Below are positions 11,901 to 23,900 of a stretch of DNA of 64,000 bases, one piece after another (within the stretch, counting starts at the first letter, position 1; each line of letters begins with the position of its first letter). This DNA is from Callorhinchus milii (Eukaryota): positions 7,814,001 through 7,878,000 of the forward strand of contig NW_024704743.1 of NCBI RefSeq assembly GCF_018977255.1, written 5' to 3'. A model generated the notes under the pieces. That model saw only the letters and a program-made list of their open reading frames with translations. It was not told the origin of the DNA and did no database searches. The translations under genes were made by a program, and so were the position numbers.

Positions 11901-12636
11901 TAGTTATGAGCCTGAAGGTTATGAATAAATGATGAAGCTCTTGGGTGCCAAGGAGGAAGAGATGGTGGTAGGTCAGGTGATGTTGCGGCGGTGAGGGGAA
12001 ACAGAGAGCCCAGATGCAGTACTTAAAGGACAGTTGAAGGTTGACTAGGACATCAACAACCACAAAAAAAGTATAGCACCTTTCATATCGGAAGGATGTC
12101 CCAAGGCATTGGAAGATTGCACACTGACTGCGTGAGATCAGTGTGATAGGCGAGAAGTCGCTGACAGGAGCCAAGCAGGAGAGTTTGCAATCTTGCTGAC
12201 TTTTATCTGAAGGAAGTTAGAACTCATCTAGGACTTGATGTCAGACAGGCTTTTCAGTCAAGGATTTTTGAAGGAGTCTTTAAATTTGTTAAAAACCTGA
12301 TGCAATGAGTGAAAAGTGATTTGATACCTATAAATGCTTGATCACCGAAGAAGATCAGTATGTTCTGATCAAAATGTTCCCACAAGCAGTAAATTTGACT
12401 AGAGCACTTTTCATCTACTATCTGTGATCTAGTGGGGAAAGCATTTAGTGGTCCAGACATTGCACCTCAGAAACATACTTTGAATAATTTAGTTTTGTTG
12501 GGCAATGAAGTGCTTGAGCCTAACCGCAACCTGGTGGACAACCAAGTGTGTGGAGGATTATATTTTATTCAAAGAAATTAAGATATTACTGGTCGGTAAT
12601 CTTCCTTTTTGGAAGTCTATTCGAGCCAGGTTTAAA

Positions 12637-14278
12637 ACCTTTCCTTAGGCAAGTTTCCTTACTCCACGCACCTCTGTTTACCTAGCAGTACAACAACAAA
12701 ATTCATTTATAGAAGGCCTTTCACGTCGGGAGGACGTCCCAAGGCGCTGAACAGTCAGGTGTCAGGGTCCAAGTATGGGGGAGGGGTGGTGTAGGGGTGA
12801 GGGAAGGCAGAGAGGTAGGAGGGGGCATGTCCACAAATGGCCTTGAAAGTGAGGACAAGGATCTTGAATTTGATCCTCTGAGGGATGGGGAGCCAGTGGA
12901 GTCAGGCGAGGGTAGGAGGGATAGGGTCACGGAGCCTGGTGCGCGAGAGTACACAAGCTGCAGAGTTTTGGATGATCTGCAGCTTGTGAAGGGAAGAGTT
13001 GGGAAGGCCGATGAGGAGGGAGTTCCCGTAATCGAGCCTTGATGTGATGAGTGCGTGGGTGAGGGTTTTGGCAGCCTGAGGGGTGAGGCAGTGGCGGAGT
13101 CTGGCAATGTTGCAGAGCTGGTGGTAGGCAGTGCCGGTCATGGCGCGGATGTGGAGGAGAAAGGACAGTGCAGGGTCAAACAAGACACCCAGGTTCCTGA
13201 CTGGCTTAGTGAGGTTGAGTCTACAGCCGTGGAGGCTGATGCTGCCAGCGCCCGAGGTGCGGAGGCGCTGGTGTGTGGCAATCAGGAGGGCCTCAGACTT
13301 GCTGACATTGAGTTGGAGAAAGTTGTCCCTCGTCCAGGACTTGATGTCGGACAGGCAGTCAGTCAGGACGCCAGTAGTGCTGGAATTGAGGATGGAGGCA
13401 GAGAGATAGAGTTGGAAATTTACCCCATGTCTGCGGACGATGTCACCAAGTGGGAGCATGTAGAGGGTGAAGAGGAGGGGACCAAGGACAGAGCCCTGAG
13501 GAACACCACACGAGATTGGAGGAGAAGCCGTTTGCTGTGACGAAGTGGAGGCGTTGTGAAAGGCAGGACCTGAACCAGTCAAGGACAGAACCACAGTGGG
13601 AGGAGAGGCAGTGGAGGAGGATTGAGTAGTCTACGGTGTCAAAGGCGGCGGAAAGGTCGAGGAGGACGAGGCGGCAGAGGGAACCCTGGTTGCAACATGG
13701 TCAGGATGTCGTTTGTGACCTTGACCAGAGCAGTTTCTGTGCTGTGGGCAGCTGCGAGGAGGTGGTGGGCTTCATGGAAGTTATGGTGGTAGAAGATGGT
13801 GGTAGGTTTGGAGACAGTGGGGAGAGGGATATACGAGTTGAGGGAGATGAAATGGTGGTCAGAGATGGCCTTGTCAGTGATGGTGACATCCGAGATGCTG
13901 AGGCCCCGGGTGATCACCAGGTCGAGAGGGTGACCGTGGGTTTGGGTAGCAGGTGGATGTGGAGGGAGAGGTTGAGAGAGGAGGAGAGAGGAGAAGTCTG
14001 AGGAGGTGGAGCAGGAGGGGGTGAAGTAAATAGGAACCCGGTTGTTTGTCGATTGGAGGATCGCTTTCCGGGTGTAAAACTCCCTCCCCAAAAAATGGTC
14101 TCTCAATCCATGACCATTTGTGGGACGCTGCTGTACCCAAATGGCGGCAGCGTTTTGCTCACAAAATACACAGTCACTACACTTTACAGTGTAACCAATG
14201 AAGCGTTTTGAGACATCTCAATGATGTGATAAGGCGCTATTATCAAATGCAAGGATTATTATTATTATTATTATTATT
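12637..14278 (+). mobile_element. tRNA-derived SINE split by the L2 insertion (parts 12637-12690 and 14025-14278)
   Basis: Consensus CCTAGCAGTAAGTAGGAACCCGG is broken at AGTA and resumes after the L2. Confidence 0.8.
12691..14024 (-). mobile_element. Internally deleted L2 LINE (EN remnant plus RT remnant plus 3' tail), inserted in a SINE
   Basis: HGHPLDLVITRG...ISDHHFI (APE endonuclease C-term), [42 protein letters not shown]; (TTG)n tail. Confidence 0.9.
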
Positions 14279-14439
14279 TCCTTTACCTGAAATCCATATT
14301 CTTCTCAGTTTGAACCCTGTTGCTCCTTTCTCTCCCAACTTCCCATTTTGTCTCTGATTGTCCAGAAGGGAGTTAATATTGGCTGTTCCCCTCTCTGTTT
14401 ACAAACCAGTCAAAATACTTTACCTCTAATGTTGTAAGA

Positions 14440-15010
14440 CGATGCCAAAGTTTCCTGAGTGGTGACAAGTGTGAGAAAGATAAATGCGATTGAAAAAGAT
14501 GGGCTGTTGGGAGTGTGAGACGATAGATGGATTTTAATGTAGGAAATGCAATGTATTGGAACAAGAGACGTACACTATGGAGGGGAGTCAATTAGTGAAA
14601 GTGCAAAAAGAGGAATTGGATATAGTTATGTTAATTCATTAAAGGTGTCCTGGCAATGTGAAGTTTTTATCAATAATTCTAATCAAATGCCAGGATTACT
14701 CTCTTGGGAATTTTACCGTCAAGTTGAAACATAAATTTAATCTTGCTCTGATATGGCAATGCTGCCTTTGAGACATTACATTGCAGTTTTGGCATTGATG
14801 TGTTAAATGCATAGAAGACCGAAAAGGGACTGGAGACTTCACGGTGTGAAAAAACTTGTAGAACTGAATGTAATTTGTAAGGATGTATAGAAAGCTATTA
14901 GATTTTAGATGGAGTACAGAACTAACAAACGCAGCTTTAATATTGCCCAGATTCAGATGAGATTAGAAGAATGTTACTCCTCAGAATCGTGGATATCTGC
15001 AACAGCTCCC
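14440..15010 (+). mobile_element. Old CR1-like LINE fragments
   Basis: Decayed MDFNVGKC-like and ...TACATTGCAGTTTTGG... CR1 RT C-terminal segments. Confidence 0.45.
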
Positions 15011-15437
15011 AAAACGCAGATTTGACCTTTTTTTCCATCTGTCTTGAGATAAAGTATCAGTGAAAAACAGGTGCCAATGTTTGAAACTCGTGGAGAGCTT
15101 CCATTCTTGACTGTCTGCCCAATCCGATGTCATGGGGAAGGGGTCACGGGCAGGACATGCATCACAAACTCCTCAGAGACTTTGGGGGAGAATTTGTGAA
15201 ACGTGATCTACTGCTTCTAATTTCATTCTAACTGTTCCTTTTAGAGTTTGTTTCGATGAGATTTGATAGCATCCTGCCTAGTGGTCTCGAGTGTTTCCAC
15301 ACTGCAGATGTTCAGCTAACTGCTCCTAATTCCCAGCCTCATGCCTCGCTCCTATTTTCCAACAACAGGATAACATTCGCTAACCCTGGGTACAGCTCCA
15401 ATACTTACAGAGCTCCTTAAAATAAATGTACCAAAGA

Positions 15438-16005
15438 CATAGGAGCATAGGAACAGGAGTGAGCCATTCAGCCCCTCGAGCCTGTTCCGCCATTCAATTA
15501 GATCATGGCTCAACTCGTTGCCTCATGTCCCTTGATACCTTGACCTAACAAAAATCTATCAAACTCAGTCTTGAAAATTTGAATGAATCCAGCATCCACA
15601 GCCTTTTGGGAGAATAGAGTTCCAGATTTCCACTAGCCTTTGGGTGAAAGAGTGCTTCCTGATTTCACTCCTAAATGGCCTAGCTCTAATTCTAAGATTA
15701 TGCCCCCTTGTTCTGAATTCCCCCATTAGAGGAAGTAGAATCCGGTAGCCATCCCTGTCGATTCCCTTTACTATTTTAAACCCCTAAATTAGATCACCCG
15801 TCAACCTTCTAAACTGAAGGAAATACAAGCCAACTTTATGCAACCTGCCCTCAAAATGTAACCGTTTAAGTCCTGTTATCATTCTGGTGAATCTCTGCTG
15901 TATCCTCTCCAAGGCCAATATATATTTCCTGAAGTGCAGCGCTCAAAACTGAACGCAATACTCCAGAAGGGGTCTGACCAAGGCTCTTTACAGCTGAAGA
16001 CTCAT
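15438..16005 (-). mobile_element. CR1-clade LINE 3' end
   Basis: CATAGGAGCATAGGAACAGGAG...GCCATTCAGCCCCTCGAGCC terminal signature; minus strand LVRPLLEYCVQF. Confidence 0.85.
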
Positions 16006-16719
16006 TGATTTTAATTTCCCTGAGTATCCAAGGGCTTCCCACCTGCTGTTTCTGCCTTCGAAATAAATCACTATGATTTGCCGTAAATGAAATTACTACC
16101 AGTCCTAAGCAGAGGCTCATAGAGTACACTGGTGTTGATCTGCTACCATTCATTTCAAAAGGCAAGGGGTGAAGATTGCAGTGTGTGATGTGGTAATGAA
16201 CACAGATGACAGAAATTAACACATTGTTGAAAATATGACCATTCGATGTTAACGATAGACTGGTCTATATGTACGTTTGCAGAACATCCAGTGCTGTTGG
16301 TATCACTGATGGTAGTGTGCCTTTGTGATGGAGGCAACTCCAGTAAGAGTGCCTTTTTGTTATATTATTATAATCCTTGCATTTGATATAGCGCTTTTCA
16401 CATCTTCTAGATGTCTCTAAGACTTCAGAATATACTGTAAAGTTAATTGACTGTATATTTGTGGGCGAAACGCAAATCTCCCAGCAGATGTCCTGGAGAT
16501 ATCCGGGGTGTCCTTCAGCCTGAGTCTGAGGGGCACTTGCTATGAGTCAATAGAGTAGTCCAAACGGCCTGGATCCCAATTTCCCAACCCGTTTCACAGT
16601 TCAAAATAAAGACTAAAGGAATCTTACAGTGGATGGAGTAAATAAAATAAAATTGTAGATGGTTAATCTTTAAGTGGGGTGGACTCTCACTCAGGGCCAT
16701 GATTCTGCCTGTGCAGAAC

Positions 16720-17310
16720 CTCAGGTGTCTTTTTCGACTCTCACACGTTCTTTAAATCTCACATCTCTGATCTGACCCCCATCTCCAAAGCATTGCCCAT
16801 CCCACCACCACCTCTCTCCTCAGGCCACTGCAACCCCAATCCACCCATTTAGCATGCCCAGGCTAGATTACAGCAACTCTCTGCTTGCCTAACTCCTTCA
16901 CGAGCTGCAGACTATCCAGAACTCTGTAGGTTGTGTCCTTTGCCACTTTAGGCTACGCAAGTCTATCCTCGCCCGGCTCCACTGGCTCCCCAGCCCCCAG
17001 AGGATTGAGTTCAAAATCCTCGTCCTAACCGTTAAACCCCTCCATGATCTTTCCCCCTACCGCTGTGACCTCCTCAAGCTCTTAACAACTCAGACATTGG
17101 TGGTCAGGCTTTCAAGCTTTACAACTTCATCCTGGAATCCCTTCACCTCTTCCCTTCCCTCACCTTCTTCAAGGTCCATTTCAAGACCTTCCTCTTTGAC
17201 TGCCCTTTAGGCCATCTTACCCCACCTCATCCCCAGCTCGGATGTCTTGGACTGTCCGGTGCCTTGGGACATCCTCCTGAGGCGCTGTATAAATGTAAAC
17301 TTGCATTGTA
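16720..17310 (+). mobile_element. L2 LINE 3' fragment
   Basis: AGGCTAGATTACAGCAACTC...CTCCACTGGCTCCCC...GAGTTCAAAATCCTCG and L2 tail. Confidence 0.75.
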
Positions 17311-18199
17311 TTTGCAGGCAAACCTAGCAACCAATTTGTGCCATGTCCCACAAACAGCTGTAAAGTAAATTACTACATTTTAATTGGGGGACTGTTGGCC
17401 AGAAGATCAGGAGAAACTCCCTTCTCTTTTCGAATGGTGCCATGGGATCTTTAATGTCTACATGAACAGGCAGATGGGATCTTAGTTTAATATCTCTTCT
17501 GAAGGATGGCACCTATGACAATGCAGCACACCCTAAGGGCTGTGCGTAAAAAGGTCTACAATCTTCAGACTCAGGCAAGATTTTATTCACACACAGCAGG
17601 GGAGGAGATCTTCAACCCACGAGTCTTGCTCAGATGTAGTTCCCCAAAGTGAGACAGAAGCATGTATAACCCACACACGCCTCCCAATCTTCCTAAAGTT
17701 GCAGGAGCTTGCAACATGTGAGTGGCCTGAAGAAGTGTGGGAAATATTGGGTTATGAAATGAACACACACTGTGGGTTTATGGTAGATTCAGGTGGGTGT
17801 TTGTGGAAACTTTCTGCTGATATGTAACTTTGTGAGCCAAGTGAAAGGCCAAAGATACAGAATAGAGGAGAGTTTGTTAAACACAAAATGTCAAACCTTT
17901 TATTTACTGCTGTCAGTTTTCAACAGAGGGGGTGTAGAGAGAGGACTTGTTTATAATGCCAAGCCCTTGCGAAGTGGTCTAAAACATGTAACTAAAATTC
18001 AGTCTTATGTTGCAGCGATTCTCTGAAGCACAAGGAAATCCCTTGTGTTGACTGGAGGTCGTTCAGTTGCGGCTACATTGAAGTTAGTGAACTCACAGAA
18101 GCAAAGTTTTGTTTGTTCTGGAGTGCGCACCCAGGTCCCATGCAGTACTGCTGAAATCGAACCAGGATGAGGCACTGCTAAGCTTCGCATTGCTTCAAC

Positions 18200-18472
18200 G
18201 CTAAACTATGCAGTTTTAGCTGGTTGGACTCCAGCAGTTCCTCAATACACTGTGGGATTCCCAAGCCTTGGCTCTTGCCAACCTGCGTCTAATACTCTCC
18301 GGAACTAGGTAAGCAGGATGTGTCACTCCAGGGACAGAGTGCGCATTCCATTCTGATAAACATCTCTGGGATTTCCATGTGTAGGTGGGTTGCATGGAAT
18401 TCTCAGTTTGGTTTGGACGCTCTTAAGCATGGGATGGGTTTCTGCTTGTGTCAGACATCAGGCTGACCAAAC
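18200..18472 (+). repeat. Unclassified interspersed repeat (family X) copy
   Basis: CCCAAGCCTTGGCTCTTGCCAACCTGC...CATTCCATTC...CTCTTAAGCA...GTCAGACATCAGGCTGACCAAA shared with several other loci. Confidence 0.75.
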
Positions 18473-20009
18473 AAATTGCTTACCATTATGACAGGGTTAC
18501 CAGGAGCTGAGGAGGAGGAATCCTAGCCCCATGTGGCACGTGTTAACCCTCCAAGTCCCACTCATGATCAATCTGCTTAGACTTGGTTCGTATTTCAGGA
18601 AATTCAACAAAAGGCAATTTGATTCGCAACACAAGAGGACAGCAGAGGATGATTTGAAATATTATCGATAACTGTTGTAAAACTCAACGCTCAACGATTT
18701 AATCCAGTACCTGCTTCAAAAGTCAGTGGTCGGGAAAGGTTGTTCAACTCGCCCGTCACAGTGAGAGTCAAATAAAACGGACGTTTGGCTGGTCCAGGTG
18801 TTCCTTGTAAATGCTTACAAGTCGTAAGAGAGGACTGCTTCTCGTTTGATCTTCAAAGTCCGCAATTCAGCAGGTTCTTAACACAACTAATGCAAGATCC
18901 TTGTGGCCTGGTTCCCTCTCTGCTTGTTGTAGCAGCTTTCTCTGGGAGCTGCTCGAGAGCTGGGTAGCTTTGAGGCTCTGACCAGAAGGTGGCGCTTTTA
19001 CACTGGCCAATGCGTCAGGAAGTTTGCTGCATCCACCCAAACTCACAACGACCATCTCGACTCCTCAGAGAAAGATTTTAGGTGTAACCTGCAAAAAGAC
19101 AAGAAGTATCCTTCGCTGTCAAAAGCATTCACAGCAACATGGATGCAGAGTTCAAAGGCTGATACTCAGTGACCCTTCTCAATTACTTTTTATGATAATC
19201 CTTGCAAGTAATAATCCGTCTCAAAGCACGTCACAGGATTTACTGTAAAGTGTAGCAACTGTGTGTTGGAGGTGAACTTAACAATCATTTCACGCACACA
19301 GCAAATGGCCAAGTGTATGATCAATTTTATCCGAGGGATTGTAGGCGAGGAAACAGGCTATTGATCAGGTTAATGCTTATTCCCCACTCCCTTCACTTCA
19401 CCATCAGTGGCCAAGCTTTCAGTCACTCATCCTGTAAGACATTTCCAAAATCACTTTACCTGATAAACTCTCTCCCTGCCTTCAAAACCCATCCTGATCA
19501 GACAACCATGTCTGTATCTTACATCAGTGCCTACCAATACATGTGTCATGTGCTGTGAGACATTATTTTATGTGAAAGCAGATATATAAATACAAGCTGC
19601 TGAACTATTCAATCTCGCTATTAGAGAGATTAAAGCTTTCTTATGCCAAAGTAAAAAATAAAATTGATTATTCATTTCATGGCTGTTTGTGGGACTTTGC
19701 TATGCCACGTTTGCCTACAAATACACAAGTCACTCCACTTCCCAGTAAATCTGAGACTGTGAAGCGCTTTGGGACATCCTTCCGATGTGAAAGGCCCTAT
19801 ACCAAATGCAATACAATATAATAATATTGTATATTATTACCTTATTATTACCTTAGAACCAGAAAAATTAACACACAGAAGACCATTTAGCCCATCTTTT
19901 AAAGAGCAATCTATTCAGTCCCATTTACCTGCCTTTCCCCCTTACCCCTGTAGTTAACTCTTAATTTAGATTTAGATTGAGATGTGGTAGTTTCAGCTAA
20001 CTACTGTAT

Positions 20010-20260
20010 CACACCAACATGAAACGGTCGATTGCTTGTAATCCAAGCTCGGGTACAACCACATCTGCTCAGACACCACTGACAGGAATAACCAGTTCAA
20101 ACACTTGAGAACGGTTTTCACAAATTGTGGTTGTGCACCTAGACTTGTGGATAAACAAACTCAACGGACTGCTCCTCCACCCAGAGCAACCTGTGGGAAT
20201 GCAAACTGAGACCAGCTCTCATCGCATCACCCCGGAGATTGTTTTCACATGAAGCTGTTC
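20010..20260 (+). mobile_element. Penelope-like element (Neptune-type) relic, RT C-terminal region
   Basis: MKRSIA then frameshift to LGYNHICSDTTDRNNQFKHLRTVFTNCGCAPRLVDKQTQR, resembling the PLE motif KSIxYSQALRYNRICS..DRD.HL..L...F....YP...V.KQI.RA. Confidence 0.55.
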
Positions 20261-21499
20261 AGCAACAGGAGTTTAGGAACAACAGCTGTTCTGGACAGAA
20301 TTCAGAAGTGCCCATTGCATGATGAGAGAAATCAAAGGAGGTTGAAGATGGACAAGCAGCCCTTTGCTAACCAGTAAGGTAAACCTACAAAGGTCTGCTC
20401 GCAAAAGAGTGGAGCATTCACAAAGAAGAGGGGGTATTTAAGCACTTTCAGTGCTCAAGACGCTACCCTGCGTGAGGGGACACTATATAAATGCAAGTTG
20501 CTGTTGGTGGGGTGGTATTCAAAATATAGAGGGTGGTATTCATAACGGGGCATTTTCACGACGGGGAGGGTATGGGTATTCATGACAAAGGATGGTTTTC
20601 AGGTACGAGCTATGATGGGAACTTTTTCAACACTGATGATACAGAGAGGATTACATCACTGCTGATTATCTACCAGTGATGACCTTCACTGAGAGCTGAT
20701 CTCAGCTGATGTCAATCATGATAGCCACTACTGGCAAAACACAGTCAAAATGGAACTGAGAGATGCCATCAGTTCCACTGTTCAGATAATAACTGCATGG
20801 GAACGATTTCTGGACAGTAATCGCAGGTTCATTCATTTAATGGTCACAAACTCATCTCACTTTGTTTTCATGGGCTATAACATGATATGAACCCTCCAGT
20901 GAGATTATTGGCTTGCAACACTCCCAAGTATCTTATTATTCTGTTTAATATGAAATATTGTGAAGGGTATCTCACTGCTTCTGGAGCTGTGAGAAATGTT
21001 TCTCAGCTCTCTACAGAGATGAGTGGTTGCAATGTGGAAAATCCCTTAAATGGAGATTACGTACAAACCTTACAGATAAGGCTGAGCCCAGGTATGACTT
21101 TGTTCTGTGACTCACGATTGAAGCAATCTGATTTTATTTTAAGCTTCATGATTCAGTATGAAATGAAGAAATTGGTTTGAAAATTGTCAGTAGCAGATGT
21201 ATTAATATATGGTTACGGCTTTCATTCTAACAAGCAGGTCGTAAGTACGACATTACTGCTGTGAAATTGCCAAGATTCGATAGTTGTTCTGTTGTGCTTA
21301 ATTACTGAGCCTGTTGAAGAGGCAACAATGTATAATAATATTAATTATAATTATATTAACGCATTTGGTATAGCGGCTTTCAAGTCAGAAGGATATCTCA
21401 AAGTGCTCCACGGCATATAATAACATAACAATACTAATTCTTGCATTTGATGTAAAGCCTTATCATGATATTGGGACGTTTCAAGGCTCTTAACAGAAT

Positions 21500-22232
21500 A
21501 CAACAACAACAACAAAATTACATTTGTAAAGCACCTTTTACGTCGGGAGGATGTCCCAAGAAGCTGGACAGACAGAGTTTCGGACCCGAGCTGGGGGTCG
21601 GGGTCAGGGAGGGTGGGGGGCAGGAGTGGAAGCAGGGAGATCGAAAGCACAGTTGAAGAGGAGGGTCTTGAGATGGGTCTTGAAGGTGGCAAGGGAGGGG
21701 GTGAGGTGGAGGGATTGCAGGATGGAGTCCTAGAGGTGGGGGCAGAGTGGCGGAAGGCCAATAGTGGGGCAAGCGAGGCGGGGGACATGAAGCAGGCTGG
21801 AGTCCGCTGAGCGGAGGGAGCGAGCAGGATGGTAGGGGGTTAGGAGGTCGCCGAGGTAGGGGGAGCAAGACCATGGAGGGCTTTGAAGGTGAGGACCAGG
21901 ATCTTGAACCTTATCATCTGTGAAGCCAGTGGAGTCGGGCGAGGATAATAGTAATAATAATAATAATAATAATCCTTGCATTTGATATAGCTCTTTTCAC
22001 GTCTTCTAGATGTCTCAAAGTGCTTCACAGAATATACTGTAAAGTGAATTGACTGTGTGGGCAAAATGCGGCAGCCAATTGCGCACAGCAGTGTCCCACA
22101 AACAGGATGGTGATAGGGCCATGGAGCCTGGTGTGGGAGAGGACACGGGCTGCAGAGTTCTGGATGATCTGCAGCCTATTGAGGGAGGAGTCAGGGAGGC
22201 CGACAAGCAATGAGTTTGCATAGTCAAGCTTC
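21500..22232 (-). mobile_element. L2 LINE 3' fragment interrupted by a 5'-truncated SINE (21947-22103)
   Basis: [27 protein letters not shown]...RFKILVLTFKALHGLAP; AGGAT duplicated at both SINE junctions. Confidence 0.85.
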
Positions 22233-22505
22233 GATATACTGTAAAATGTATTCTGCGGTGATCAGTTGTGCACAGCATGAACTACAAACAGTCGTGGATT
22301 GAGTGACCACATTTTTTGGGGGGAGGGATCATTACCCCCGGAAAAAGGATCTGCCAATCGCCTAACAACCGGGTTCCTACTTACTGCTAAGTAAACAGAC
22401 TTGTGGAGTAAGGAAACTTGCTTAAGGTTTTGCCCCGCCTGGGAATCAAATCTGGGTCCTCTTGCTTGCGAGACGAGCGAACTAACCTCTATACTACAGG
22501 ACTCC
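22233..22505 (-). mobile_element. tRNA-Ala-derived SINE, long form
   Basis: Reverse complement of head GAGTCCTGTAG...CGCAAGCAAGAGGACCCAGATTTGATTCCC and family body. Confidence 0.8.
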
Positions 22506-23477
22506 GGATAAACTGTAAAGTGTAGTGATTGTGTATTTTGTTGGCGAACGCCTAGGCTTTCGGCTAGGAAAAACATTGCAAAGCTCTTTACAGAATCAAT
22601 GGGGGCTCTTTGAGAAGAGTGTTTAAAGGTGCTTACTGAAACGTGGGGTTTTGTACCTCTCTGACCTCGCTGTACCTTTTGTACCTCATCTTTCCCCTCC
22701 CCAACTCCCTCGGCTCCCACCCCCTGCCTGGGTGGCCAGCGTGGACCACTTTGAAACATTCTCCTGACATGAAAAGTATCTTAGAGGGCAGTGAAGGAAG
22801 GCAGAAAAGGAGCAAAATGAAAGGATTTTGAGAGTTGAAGAAACACACAAAAAAGATCTGTGCTGCAGTACGTTTGCGGTGTTTTAATTTGCAGTTCCAG
22901 AGCTAAGAATTATTTATGTGCTTCAGGAGTCATTGTTGAATCAAATTGCATTTGGGTCTCTGTTGGTTATCCTACTATTAGAGATTCTAGAAGTTTCCTT
23001 TAAAAAGAGATTGAGTGAGGAAGCCTTCAGGAGAGATGAAATGAGGCTGAGAAACGAGAACAAAAATAGTTGCAGTTTCCTACTGCTGAACAATATCAAG
23101 ATGTGTGGAGCGAGAGAAATATTGTCACACGTCTTAGACCAGACATGGAGTATAAAACAGACCACTTGCTATCTCTCTACTATACCTCATACCAACAAGC
23201 AATACAACATTGTTGGCATATTTATACGCTATTCCAGCTATGGCCCGGAAACACGACTGAAAACAGTGACAAGTTGCTTATGTGGGAGACCTAAACAAAA
23301 TTGAAAAGTCAATTCAATGCACATTTACTTATCCAGGTAGAAACACAGGACATGCCCATGGTTAGGAATGTCTCTCAGGGTGGGAATTTGATATCATATC
23401 TCACCTCACAGTCCTAAAGATAACCCATGAGGGGCATACTCAGGAAATTTACTTTAAGAGCCTTTATGATACTGTGT

Positions 23478-23900
23478 CAGCCTGGCTCAGTTGGTAGTAC
23501 TCTCACCTCTGAGACAGAAGGCTGTGGGTTCAAACCCTGCACAGGTATTGGAACTTATACAGTCCAAGAAGACATTCCAATGCACTCCAACTGAGGGCGT
23601 GCTGCATTGTCAGAGGTATCATCCTTTGGATGAGACGTTAAACCGATGCCTGTTCCAGGTGGATGTTAAAGATCCCATGGCACTATTTGCAAAGAGAAGT
23701 GAGTTTCGCCCGGTATTTGGGCCAAAAATCTCCAAATAATACTGGCCATTCACTTTGTGGCTGTTTGAGGGACATTGTTGTGTGGAAAATTGACTGCTGC
23801 GTTAGTTCAAATAACAGTCACTCCATTTTACAGTATATCTTAAGAAGTGCTTTGGAACGTCCTCCTGACATAAAAGGTGCTATATCAAATGTAAGCATTA
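23478..23900 (+). mobile_element. Deu-domain SINE (SacSINE1/AmnSINE-like architecture), near full length
   Basis: tRNA-like head AGCCTGGCTCAGTTGG...GGGTTCAAACCC; Deu core GGATGAGACGTTAAACCG...GGTGGATGTTAAAGATCCCATGGCACTATT; L2-like tail. Confidence 0.8.

Noticed and set aside
12902..13594. 230-aa RT-like ORF as a functional gene
   Set aside because: L2 fragment lacking YADD, with deletions and frameshifts on both sides.
22918..23304. Overlapping 128-aa and 74-aa ORFs in unique sequence
   Set aside because: No recognisable domain and no convincing splice-site pair; a blastx search would settle it.
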